Origin: a virus
Length of the DNA stretch: 64,000 nt
Reading direction: 5' to 3' (one strand)
IMG/VR virus record: IMGVR_UViG_3300035459_000118
Location: 34,972-98,971 of that record
The notes beneath the pieces were generated by a model that was not told where the DNA came from, did not search any database, and saw only the letters and a program-made list of their open reading frames with translations. A program made the translations under genes and the position numbers. Shown in pieces: positions 18,928 through 27,234 of the stretch (position 1 is its first letter; the number at the start of each line of letters is the position of its first letter).

Positions 18928-19740
18928 ATGATAATTTATAAAATTGAAAATAAAATTAATGGTAAAATTTACATTGGAAAAACAACAAAATTATTAAATC
19001 AAAGAATTGCTGGTCATATAAAACAAAATCACTCTCGTATTCAAAAAGCCTTAAGAAAATACGGGATTGAATCTTTTATAATTTCTACTATTGATTCCGC
19101 AACTTCGCAAGAATCCCTCAATGAAAAAGAAAAGTATTGGATTAAAACTTTGAATTGTCAACACCCTAATGGATATAATTTTACTATCGGTGGAGATGGG
19201 GGACCAACATGGACAGGAGGAAGACACACCCAAGAAACAATAAAGAAAATGAAAGAAAGAAAATTTTCAGAAGAACATAAACAAAAATTAAAAGGTCCTA
19301 AATCAGAAGAACATAAACAAAAAATTTCAAAAGCTCTTTCCGGAGAAAGAAATCCTAATTATGGGAAGCCTCTTTCTGAAGAAACAAAATTAAAAAAGAG
19401 ATTAGCGATGTTAGGGAGAAAAGATTCAGAAGAAACAAAACTAAAAAAGAAAAATGCAGCGACAGGGAAACATCCTTCTGATGAAACGAGGATTAAACAA
19501 AGGGAATCGCATTTAGGGCAAATTTGGAGCGATGAAGCAAGAGAAAAAAGTCGAAAAGCCCATTTAAATAAATCACATATTTGTAGCGACGAGACAAAAG
19601 AAAAAATACGTAAGTCTCGCTTAAACATAAAGCATTCCAAAGAATCAAAAGAAAAAATGAGTAAAATCAAGAAAGGGAAACCATGGAATCAAGCGAGAAG
19701 AGATGCATATAATAAAAAATATCAAAAACTTCGTCAATAA
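18928..19740 (+). CDS. GIY-YIG homing endonuclease with NUMOD3 repeats
   Basis: IIYKI..KIYIG, GYNFT.GG, SEEHKQK/SEETK repeats; AT-rich. Confidence 0.9.
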   Translation: MIIYKIENKINGKIYIGKTTKLLNQRIAGHIKQNHSRIQKALRKYGIESFIISTIDSATSQESLNEKEKYWIKTLNCQHPNGYNFTIGGDGGPTWTGGRHTQETIKKMKERKFSEEHKQKLKGPKSEEHKQKISKALSGERNPNYGKPLSEETKLKKRLAMLGRKDSEETKLKKKNAATGKHPSDETRIKQRESHLGQIWSDEAREKSRKAHLNKSHICSDETKEKIRKSRLNIKHSKESKEKMSKIKKGKPWNQARRDAYNKKYQKLRQ

Positions 19741-19765
19741 AATTTATCTGCTGCAAGGGAATTAA
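19721..19765 (+). pseudogene. Displaced original 3' end of dnaE-UDG
   Basis: Encodes IKNFVNKIYLLQGN*, versus the current end IKNFVDKIRLLEG* at 18878-18919. Confidence 0.8.
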
Positions 19766-19767
19766 AA

Positions 19768-19788
19768 TTCATTAAAAAACGGTATAAT
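19768..19788 (+). promoter_or_regulatory. Phage promoter motif copy 3
   Basis: ttcattaaa-aaac-ggtataat. Confidence 0.75.
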
Positions 19789-19811
19789 AAAAATACGGAG
19801 GAGAATATAAA

Positions 19812-20147
19812 ATGGCTTCAAGATTCAATATGTCCAAAGCTCCCGAAAAAGCGGAAGAACCCAAACCGATCCTTATTCCTGTGAAGTCCTCGACGCTTGA
19901 TGCTATTGGGTATGATCGGGAAAAGGAAGAATTGACCATCGCATTCAAAGGTGGGTCCCAGTACCTTTATACGAAGGTTCCCGCCAAGACATTCGATACC
20001 CTTATGACTCCGCCCGAAGGCTCCTCGCATGGGAAGTTCTTCCACTCTAACATCAAAGGGAAATTTGATTTCGTAAAAATCAAGCAGGGCATCAAGAAGG
20101 AGAAGAAGGCAGGAGCAATAAATGATAACAATAACAACTCCATATAA
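19812..20147 (+). CDS. KTSC domain protein
   Basis: VKSSTL.AIGYD..L.I.F..G..Y.Y..VP..SHGKFF..NIK. Confidence 0.88.
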   Translation: MASRFNMSKAPEKAEEPKPILIPVKSSTLDAIGYDREKEELTIAFKGGSQYLYTKVPAKTFDTLMTPPEGSSHGKFFHSNIKGKFDFVKIKQGIKKEKKAGAINDNNNNSI

Positions 20148-20328
20148 GGAAAAAAGACTCGGAGTTGGGGAATGTGTTACTCTAACATATGAACATGCAA
20201 AAGCACTAGAGTCTTTGTTAGCACGTACAAATTTTGGATATGGCGATCAAATTAAAATCATTAATAGTAAAGTTTTTGTTTTAAATGAACAAGAAGAAGA
20301 AACAGATCAAGAAGAAATAGAAATATAG
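20122..20328 (+). CDS. Small hypothetical protein
   Basis: GGAG RBS; AT-rich. Confidence 0.5.
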   Translation: MITITTPYKEKRLGVGECVTLTYEHAKALESLLARTNFGYGDQIKIINSKVFVLNEQEEETDQEEIEI

Positions 20329-20338
20329 GACTGTAATA

Positions 20339-20878
20339 ATGTCATTTGAAACTCCCGACCTCAATTATGCCGAAGACATCAAGGTAGACCCATACAACCT
20401 TGACCTTGAATGGGCTCAGTTGCCAGGTTTGCATTCCAAGTGGGCAACCAGGCTTATTGAGGTTGAGAATCAGCGCGACCGGCTCAGGGAACAGATCGAG
20501 CTGAAATATGCCGAATTGGATCTGGAAATCCGATCCAACCTCGCGCAATACAAACTGGGAGAAGGCTCTCCGGAACGTGCGATTAAATCCACCATCGTAA
20601 AGAATGAACAATATAAAACCCTCCAGCAGCAATACCTGAACGCGAAGTATGCGGCGAAAGTCTTGAGGATCGCCGTTAAGGGAATAAAAGATAAAGAGAA
20701 AACCATCGATCGTTTGACCAAGCTCTATCATGATCAGTATTACATGAAGCCGTACAAAGGCAAAGAGGAGGGTGAGTTGTCAGAAAGAAAGCCGGAAGAT
20801 GAGGCAACCGAAAACACGGCAGGGGCAACGGCAGCCCTTAATGCCCATATGAACGTAAAAAGGTTTTTCAGGAGATAA
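20339..20878 (+). CDS. Recombination mediator (UvsY-like)
   Basis: DIKVDPYNLDLEW, helical coiled coil, located near ssb and uvsX. Confidence 0.7.
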   Translation: MSFETPDLNYAEDIKVDPYNLDLEWAQLPGLHSKWATRLIEVENQRDRLREQIELKYAELDLEIRSNLAQYKLGEGSPERAIKSTIVKNEQYKTLQQQYLNAKYAAKVLRIAVKGIKDKEKTIDRLTKLYHDQYYMKPYKGKEEGELSERKPEDEATENTAGATAALNAHMNVKRFFRR

Positions 20879-20880
20879 TA

Positions 20881-21018
20881 ATGGACCTTCTAAAGTGGGT
20901 CGGAGTAACAATTTTGGCAATAATAGGCGTCTGGATCTTCGGGAGACTTTTCTGGGGATCTTTGTTCGTCAGTTTTTTTAAGGCAAAAGAAAGATATACA
21001 AACAAAAAGGAAGAATAG
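20881..21018 (+). CDS. Small membrane protein (45 aa, not in the ORF track)
   Basis: MDLLKWVGVTILAIIGVWIFGRLF.., GGAG upstream. Confidence 0.55.
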   Translation: MDLLKWVGVTILAIIGVWIFGRLFWGSLFVSFFKAKERYTNKKEE

Positions 21019-21032
21019 AAAGGAGAAAAGAA

Positions 21033-21401
21033 ATGAATCAGCAGCAACGAAGTTATGCATTGAATCGAATAAACGAGATTCAAAAAGAGAAGGTGGCCGC
21101 GATTAAAGCCCGATTCACCATGCCGGCGAAGAAATTGGAAGGGGAGGAATTTGTCTCTCTTATCCGGGCCGGAAAAGTGAAGCTAAGGGCCGACGCCCAG
21201 TATTATCATGATCTCAACAAGGCATTTGATTTCTCGAAATATGAACACGCGGAGCGGTACGACTCGACCAAGGGAGATCCCATCATCTTCAAGGTAGAAA
21301 AAGAGGCAGGCAAAGCAAAAGATATCGTCATGTTTACCAACGAGGAACCGCGATGTGAGGCGGCAATCGCTAATTTCATCGCACAAATCGATAAGTTATA
21401 A
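21033..21401 (+). CDS. Hypothetical protein
   Basis: Strong RBS aaggag. Confidence 0.65.
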   Translation: MNQQQRSYALNRINEIQKEKVAAIKARFTMPAKKLEGEEFVSLIRAGKVKLRADAQYYHDLNKAFDFSKYEHAERYDSTKGDPIIFKVEKEAGKAKDIVMFTNEEPRCEAAIANFIAQIDKL

Positions 21402-21426
21402 TTAAATCAAAGTGAAAGGAGAAAGT

Positions 21427-22587
21427 ATGGGAGTTGATCGTGAAAAGATGAAGCAAGACCTGCTCAACAGGACTAAGGAGTCCTATGACAGGAAGGATGG
21501 GGAGGCGGGTCAAAACCACTTCGATCCGGAACTGGAGATCCCGTTCTGGAAACCGGGAACAACCCAGGGAAAGCCTCATATCATTGACACCATACCGTTC
21601 CTGGCGGGACCAAATTTTCCCACCAACGTCCCCAGACCGGTGCGGGAAGGAGACTTTGCCTACGTATTGGACTTATGGGTTCACAAAGCTGTCGGTCCCG
21701 GAAAGGCTACTGTCGTTTGCCCGGCACGAAACTACGGCAAAAGATGCCCAGTCTGCGAAGACGTCGAGAACCTCATGACAACAACAGGTCAGGAATACCT
21801 CGACATTCCCCATCACGCAAAGCGTCAGTGCACCTACAACGTCCTCGTGATGGATGATGCAGTTACTGAGGCCAAAGGTGTTCAGGTCTGGGATGTCAGC
21901 CACAAGTATTCCGAAAAGGCCATTGCCTCCCTAGCGATTTCGGCAAGAGGAGGGGGGTACATTGCCTTCTCCTCCCCGGAAAAGGGCATCGGCAAATCCA
22001 TTGCCTTTGATGTCGCCAAGGATAAGTACAAGACGATCAGTGGGCATCGGTTCGAGGAAAGAAATTACGATATCCCCCAGGAAATACTAGACCAAGCAAT
22101 TCCCCTTGATACCATCATCAAAATCTACACGGCGGAAGAGCTGATCGAGATCCTCTATCCGGATGGAGTTAAGCCTGAGGCGGCAGGCACTGGGAATCCT
22201 CCCGTTGAGACTGCCGGCACCGGCGGACTGCGATCATTGAGAAATCAAGGCGGAGCTCCTGATGCTGGAACGGTAGCCGGTCCAGGTCCCGTCCGTACCT
22301 TGAAAGGAACTGCAGGATTAACTCCGAAGACGGATACCTGCCCCATCGGCGGAAACTATGCCGACGACCATGATAAGTATGAGGAATGCAAGGCCTGCGA
22401 AAAGTTCAAGGCATGTGCCGAAGCCCTCGATCTCAAGGATGCCGCTCGATCTCAGAATAAAACGGCCGAGACCACACAGACAACTACGACACAGGCAGCA
22501 GCGACCGGAGCTGCCGCAACTACCGCTGGAGCAGGGACAGTTGCCCCTCCTAGGAGAACGCTACTCCGTCGTCCTCCCGCAGTATAG
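21427..22587 (+). CDS. ssDNA-binding protein (gp32-like)
   Basis: WVH..VVCPARNYGKRCPVCE zinc subdomain, YNV, GVQVWD; adjacent to uvsX. Confidence 0.75.
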   Translation: MGVDREKMKQDLLNRTKESYDRKDGEAGQNHFDPELEIPFWKPGTTQGKPHIIDTIPFLAGPNFPTNVPRPVREGDFAYVLDLWVHKAVGPGKATVVCPARNYGKRCPVCEDVENLMTTTGQEYLDIPHHAKRQCTYNVLVMDDAVTEAKGVQVWDVSHKYSEKAIASLAISARGGGYIAFSSPEKGIGKSIAFDVAKDKYKTISGHRFEERNYDIPQEILDQAIPLDTIIKIYTAEELIEILYPDGVKPEAAGTGNPPVETAGTGGLRSLRNQGGAPDAGTVAGPGPVRTLKGTAGLTPKTDTCPIGGNYADDHDKYEECKACEKFKACAEALDLKDAARSQNKTAETTQTTTTQAAATGAAATTAGAGTVAPPRRTLLRRPPAV

Positions 22588-22606
22588 TTCGGAAAAGAAA
22601 GCACAT

Positions 22607-22630
22607 GGACCGGGAAATTGTCCCCGGTCC
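22607..22630 (+). terminator. Hairpin after ssb
   Basis: ggaccggg/cccggtcc stem; weak U-tract. Confidence 0.4.
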
Positions 22631-22658
22631 TCCGCAATCATAAAAAGAGGAATCTTAC

Positions 22659-23708
22659 ATGCCATTTAATGTCCCGAAGAAAAAGCAGGATACAAAAGAA
22701 TTAATTTCTGACATCAAAGATACTATCGAAAACGGGGAACTTACCCCCATTGAACAAAAGCCAATCGAATGGGATAAGGTCCCAATCATAAGCACCGGAT
22801 CAACTCTTCTTGACCTTACAATAAGCGGAGGAAAAACCTACGAAGGTGGCATTCCTGCTAGCATTTTCTGCGAAGTTCATGGTCCTCCAGGTTCCGGAAA
22901 AACAGCCATTCTTTCTACTGTTGGAGCCAATGCTCAGCTCATGGGAGGGGACATGAGGCTTCAGGACCCTGAATCCAGAACTGATCAGGAATATGCCAGA
23001 ATATATGAAATCGCATTGGACAAAACCAATTATTCGCGACCAGCAAGAGTCGAAGATATATTTGAAGTTATCAAAACATGGGATACCCCAAAAAAACCAA
23101 AAGTCCTATTGACCGATTCCCTTGCTGCCTTAACCACTCAGATGGAACAAGACGATAAGGATGGAATGAGTCAACAAAGAGCCAAGCAATTTCATAAAGG
23201 ATTCAGAACAAATGCAAGGATTATTGCCGAAATGCTTTGGCTTTGCTCAAACCAGGAAATTGATGGCCCCAAAGGAATGAATACTCCAGGAGGGAATGCT
23301 ATCAAGTTCTATGCTTCACTTCGTATTCGTCTCCACCAAGTTGAAAAAATCGAAGTTAAAAAAGAGAACAAATATGGGGTTAAAGTAACCGACATTATTG
23401 GTATCGAAAGTGAGTGCTTTGTTACCAAAAGCACAGTTGACGATCCCTACCGTTCATGTCCTATCTGCATCGTCTTCGGCCTCGGGCTTGACGACGTCCG
23501 TGCAAATTTGCAATATTTGAAGGATATGCAAAAGCTTACTGGATACCCCACTCCTGATGGAAAGAAGTATATGGGAATGGATCAGGCAATTCTTCATATT
23601 GAAGAAAATGGGATGCAAAAGGCATTGAGAGATCAAACCATAATCATGTGGCATGAAATTCAGGAATTGTTCAAATTTAACCGAAGCCGAAAAAAGATTC
23701 ACTATTAA
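22659..23708 (+). CDS. recA: RecA/UvsX recombinase
   Basis: ISTGS..LD, GPPGSGKT, DSLAAL, TPGGNAIKFYASLRI. Confidence 0.93.
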   Translation: MPFNVPKKKQDTKELISDIKDTIENGELTPIEQKPIEWDKVPIISTGSTLLDLTISGGKTYEGGIPASIFCEVHGPPGSGKTAILSTVGANAQLMGGDMRLQDPESRTDQEYARIYEIALDKTNYSRPARVEDIFEVIKTWDTPKKPKVLLTDSLAALTTQMEQDDKDGMSQQRAKQFHKGFRTNARIIAEMLWLCSNQEIDGPKGMNTPGGNAIKFYASLRIRLHQVEKIEVKKENKYGVKVTDIIGIESECFVTKSTVDDPYRSCPICIVFGLGLDDVRANLQYLKDMQKLTGYPTPDGKKYMGMDQAILHIEENGMQKALRDQTIIMWHEIQELFKFNRSRKKIHY

Positions 23709-23719
23709 AGGAGGAAAAT

Positions 23720-24277
23720 ATGTCTACAAGATTCATCGAAGCCTCAAAAGAGGCGTGTGAAATGACGGTCAAAGTTCAGCAGGAATGGTTCCCACAACTG
23801 GAAAAGGCCGTCATCAAATGCCTGTTTGACACCAAGATGCGCAAACGGGGGAACAAGGTTGTCCTCGGCAGGATACTCAAGGCCAACGACCTGATCCGTC
23901 GGCTTACCGACACCATGGCCGAGGAAGGCTGCGACTATATCCTTTTCCTGGACGAAGTCGCCTTCACCAATATCCCTGATGCCGACAAAGTTCGGCTAGT
24001 GAGGCACGAACTCCGGCACTGCAAAGTCACGGGAACCATCGAGAAACCAAAGTATAAGATCATACCCCATGACATTGAGGATTTTGTCATTGAGATCGAA
24101 CTTAATAAAGACAAAATCAACTGGGCTACCGATGCTGCTCGGCTCGTTACCGACATCTACGAGCAGATCGAAGAGACCAAAAATGAAGAAGAACAAAAGA
24201 AAGAAACTCAAGAACCTCCGGCACAGCAGCAAGCGGTTGCCCCCAAAAGCCGATTTGGCTCACCGAGGACTGCATAG
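23720..24277 (+). CDS. Putative phage metallopeptidase
   Basis: RHELRH (HExxH) and PHDIEDF. Confidence 0.75.
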   Translation: MSTRFIEASKEACEMTVKVQQEWFPQLEKAVIKCLFDTKMRKRGNKVVLGRILKANDLIRRLTDTMAEEGCDYILFLDEVAFTNIPDADKVRLVRHELRHCKVTGTIEKPKYKIIPHDIEDFVIEIELNKDKINWATDAARLVTDIYEQIEETKNEEEQKKETQEPPAQQQAVAPKSRFGSPRTA

Positions 24278-25131
24278 TGCTACTTATTATTGACAGTAAT
24301 TACGTTTCATGGGTCTGCGCCTATGCCCTTTCCCGAGGGATGGAGTATAAAGGAGGCAGGACGGAAGTTGTCTTCGGCTTTATGCGTCAACTGTTTTCTC
24401 TATTTGAGAACTTCGAGCCGACACAGGTAGCCTTCTGCTGGGACTCCAGACAAAGCAAGCGTCGGGAAATCTATCCCGAATACAAGGCAAACCGCCACAA
24501 AGAAAAAACCGAAGATGAAAAGGAATCCCAGTCTCTTATTCTTGAACAATTTGAAGAGATAAAAAAGGAAGTCTTGCCATTCTTGGGGTTTGCTAATATC
24601 TTTGAGGTTTCCGGGTATGAGTCCGATGACCTGATCGCAGTCCTGGTTCAACAAGGGCTTTATCCGGCCGACAAAACCATCGTAATCAGCTCTGATGCCG
24701 ATCTTTACCAGTTATTAGGCCAATGCTCCCTTTATTCCATAACGAAGGCGCAAACGACAAATCTGGACGGTTTCCAGAGGAATTACGGAATAACCCCCGA
24801 CGACTGGGTCAAAGTCAAAGCCATGGCGGGTTGTTCTTCTGACAATGTAAAAGGCATCAGTGGAATTGGGGAGAAAAAAGCCATCGACTATCTGACAGGC
24901 AAACTGAATCATGGCAAGATGTTCTTGAAAATAAAAGACTCACAGGAAATCATCGACCGCAATCTTCAGTTGGTAGAGCTACCCTTTATTGGGACTCCCA
25001 TCCCAAAGCTCCGCAGGAACGGTCTTATGCTGGACTGTTTTACTGTTGTTGCTCAAACCTACGGACTGAAATCCCTGCTTGACAAGAAGAGCCTCTTACG
25101 GTGGGAAAAGATTATTCGGAGAATTGATTAA
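24277..25131 (+). CDS. 5'-3' exonuclease / flap endonuclease
   Basis: LIID, YKANR, YESDDLI, SSDAD, GCSSDNVKG..GIG.K.A. Confidence 0.92.
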   Translation: MLLIIDSNYVSWVCAYALSRGMEYKGGRTEVVFGFMRQLFSLFENFEPTQVAFCWDSRQSKRREIYPEYKANRHKEKTEDEKESQSLILEQFEEIKKEVLPFLGFANIFEVSGYESDDLIAVLVQQGLYPADKTIVISSDADLYQLLGQCSLYSITKAQTTNLDGFQRNYGITPDDWVKVKAMAGCSSDNVKGISGIGEKKAIDYLTGKLNHGKMFLKIKDSQEIIDRNLQLVELPFIGTPIPKLRRNGLMLDCFTVVAQTYGLKSLLDKKSLLRWEKIIRRID

Positions 25132-25144
25132 AGTGAGGTATAAT
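25124..25144 (+). promoter_or_regulatory. Phage promoter motif copy 4
   Basis: ttgattaaa-gtga-ggtataat. Confidence 0.7.
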
Positions 25145-25219
25145 AATTTTAAGGAAGGCAAAGGATTTATTAATATTGATTATGATACTCTTACTGTTAA
25201 TGGAGTCCCGTTAGAACAA

Positions 25220-25462
25220 ATGGAAGCTGGAAAAATCAGAACCTGTCGATATTGCGAATATCTCGGAGAAAATGAATGCCCTTATTATCCTATAAGATGG
25301 AAATTCCCAAGAAAAGTTGATGACCCTTCTTGCAGTCAATTTATCGCTCTAAAGGATGTTTCAAGATTCAAAGAACGGGCAAAGATAGATCAAGTTGCTA
25401 TTGAAAAAAAGAAGATTGCAGACAAGATCAAAGGACCCCTTAAAAGAAGTATAGAATTATGA
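25220..25462 (+). CDS. Small Cys-rich hypothetical protein (start uncertain)
   Basis: CRYC..C..C; start placed after the promoter motif. Confidence 0.4.
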   Translation: MEAGKIRTCRYCEYLGENECPYYPIRWKFPRKVDDPSCSQFIALKDVSRFKERAKIDQVAIEKKKIADKIKGPLKRSIEL

Positions 25463-25584
25463 AAAACAAAAATGGGTGTTTTATTGAAGCCCGTCTCGAA
25501 ACACCTGTAGCTAACAGTATGGGATTGAGAAATTTTCACAGTCCATTATTGGTTAAAACATTTGAGGTGAAAGGAGAAAAGAAA

Positions 25585-25911
25585 ATGGCAAAGAAAACGT
25601 ATGTTAAACCCATCCCCAAAAGCATTATGAAGGAACACCTCGAGAATATTCTTCCTACGAAGAAGGTCGGCGAGGTCGTCATCCAGACCAAACAGTACAA
25701 CATCCTGATGAATACTCTCTCCCGCGCCACGAACGAACTGGAAGAAAAACTGGCAGCAGTTCTGCCCATAGAGCGCAAGGAAATCATCGACCGAAGTTCT
25801 TCTCCGACAGTCTCAGTGACTCCGCAATCGATCCAGTTGGAGAGGTTGAACTATCGGCTCAAGGACATAATCGGCCGAATCAACGCAATGAAGAATACCT
25901 GCGAACTGTAG
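25585..25911 (+). CDS. Hypothetical coiled-coil protein
   Basis: aaggag RBS before ATG 25585. Confidence 0.6.
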   Translation: MAKKTYVKPIPKSIMKEHLENILPTKKVGEVVIQTKQYNILMNTLSRATNELEEKLAAVLPIERKEIIDRSSSPTVSVTPQSIQLERLNYRLKDIIGRINAMKNTCEL

Positions 25912-25925
25912 ATCTTTGAAAAAAG

Positions 25926-26208
25926 GGGTCGGCGGCGTAGTGATGGTTACGCGCAGCTGAGTAGGCAGATGAGGTAACAAATCATGTCAATGAGTGGAAA
26001 TCCGGGAAAACGTGAACGACAGGCTAGAAAATGTCATGGACGTGCCCTTTGGTTGAAGGGAACGGGTGTTGCTCCGTTGAAGGTCGGTCACGAACATTTC
26101 CGGAGGTTGCTCAAAGCATCAATTTGTGGCCAATGCCGAAAGGTCAACTTGCAAAAGGTGTCAAGGAGAGCAACAGCAACACCAGCCGGTTAAATCCGGC
26201 CCGACCCT
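25926..26208 (+). ncRNA. tRNA-like scaffold (acceptor, D and T arms) with an ORF in place of the anticodon arm
   Basis: GGGTCGG/CCGACCC 7-bp stem; GCGT-AGTGATGGTT-ACGC D arm; GCCGG-TTAAAT-CCGGC T arm. Confidence 0.65.
25984..26193 (+). CDS. Small basic protein encoded inside the tRNA-like element
   Basis: GAGGT RBS at 25971; the stop TAA lies in the T loop. Confidence 0.5.
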   Translation: MSMSGNPGKRERQARKCHGRALWLKGTGVAPLKVGHEHFRRLLKASICGQCRKVNLQKVSRRATATPAG

Positions 26209-26212
26209 GATT

Positions 26213-26305
26213 AGAACTTGGCCAAGGAGAGACTGCTGAACGTATATGGGTCAGGCTCAAGCGTTATTAGTGGGGAACGATCGTGAAATCCCTGGGCCAA
26301 GTTCT
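26213..26305 (+). ncRNA. Candidate structured RNA
   Basis: 11-bp closing stem agaacttggcc/ggccaagttct followed by a U-rich run. Confidence 0.45.
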
Positions 26306-26324
26306 TTTATTTTTATTATTTATT

Positions 26325-26406
26325 TCGGGAGGGACGAAATTTGTGAAGGGGAAACCGAGATTATAACGGCGTGAAAGACGCGACGACGGACTCCTGGCCC
26401 TCCCGA
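26325..26406 (+). ncRNA. Candidate multi-stem RNA with GAAA-containing loops
   Basis: tcgggaggg/ccctcccga closing stem; gg-gaaa-cc and gcgt-gaaag-acgc hairpins. Confidence 0.45.
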
Positions 26407-26425
26407 TTTTTAAAGAAAGAAAAAA

Positions 26426-26611
26426 ATGAAAGTCATTTGTGTTGATAATTTTAACAGAGAAACCAGGAATGATTTCTTAATTGTTGCAAAGGTTGATAAA
26501 GAAACAGGAGAACAAATGGTGACCCGTCTTAATAATGAAGCTGATCCTGACGGACCAAACTTTTACAGGTTAGTTGGGGATGATTATGTCCTTTATGTCT
26601 GGGAACCATAA
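26426..26611 (+). CDS. Small hypothetical protein
   Basis: Plausible composition; fills the operon gap. Confidence 0.55.
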   Translation: MKVICVDNFNRETRNDFLIVAKVDKETGEQMVTRLNNEADPDGPNFYRLVGDDYVLYVWEP

Positions 26612-26625
26612 GAAAGGAAACTACC

Positions 26626-27234
26626 ATGAACTACAATGACATGTTCCTGAAACTCAAGTGTTCGACTGATGTTCTGAATGCAGTATATCCCCTTACTCGG
26701 CCTCGCAAGGAAATCTCCGAATCGATGGCTATCATCCAGAAAATCAAGGGATTGATCCTAAAGTATCCCGGAAGATTCAATATTATCGACCTTTGCGCAG
26801 GCAATGCACTGACCTCAATCATCGCTGCTCACCTGCTTTCGATCACGGACGCCAAGGCGGTAGACGTCAGAGTAAATCCACGCGATCTTACGGGTGTGAA
26901 AAAGTTCACATACTGCAACCTGGATATCCTGAACCAGATAAAGAGCTTCGGAGTCAATTCCATCGTAATCTCTTCCCATCCGTGCAAACTTGCGACGAAG
27001 ATCATCGAATTGTATAATCTGTCAAAGTCTCCGGCGATCTGTATAATTCCTTGCTGTTTTGGGGAATGGGATCTGCCCAACCGGCACTTTTTACAGAACT
27101 TCGCGCCGAACTATGATCTTTGGAGCTATTATCTTTCTACGTTGATCAAAGATTCCGAAGTCCGGGTTGTTAAGGACCATAGAATTCTGAGTCCCTGCAA
27201 TGATGTGATCTATGCGGAAAGGACAATCAAATGA
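26626..27234 (+). CDS. SAM-dependent methyltransferase
   Basis: IIDLCAGNALTS, HPC..A, IPCC, SPCN. Confidence 0.75.
   Translation: MNYNDMFLKLKCSTDVLNAVYPLTRPRKEISESMAIIQKIKGLILKYPGRFNIIDLCAGNALTSIIAAHLLSITDAKAVDVRVNPRDLTGVKKFTYCNLDILNQIKSFGVNSIVISSHPCKLATKIIELYNLSKSPAICIIPCCFGEWDLPNRHFLQNFAPNYDLWSYYLSTLIKDSEVRVVKDHRILSPCNDVIYAERTIK

Noticed and set aside
25926-26208. Canonical tRNA, intron-containing tRNA or tmRNA
   Set aside because: No reconstructable anticodon stem, no group I core recognised, no G3-U70 or CCA, and the ORF has its own RBS and ATG.
26213-26305. Hammerhead ribozyme
   Set aside because: CTGA and GAAA are present, but the CUGAnGA core and stem layout do not fit.
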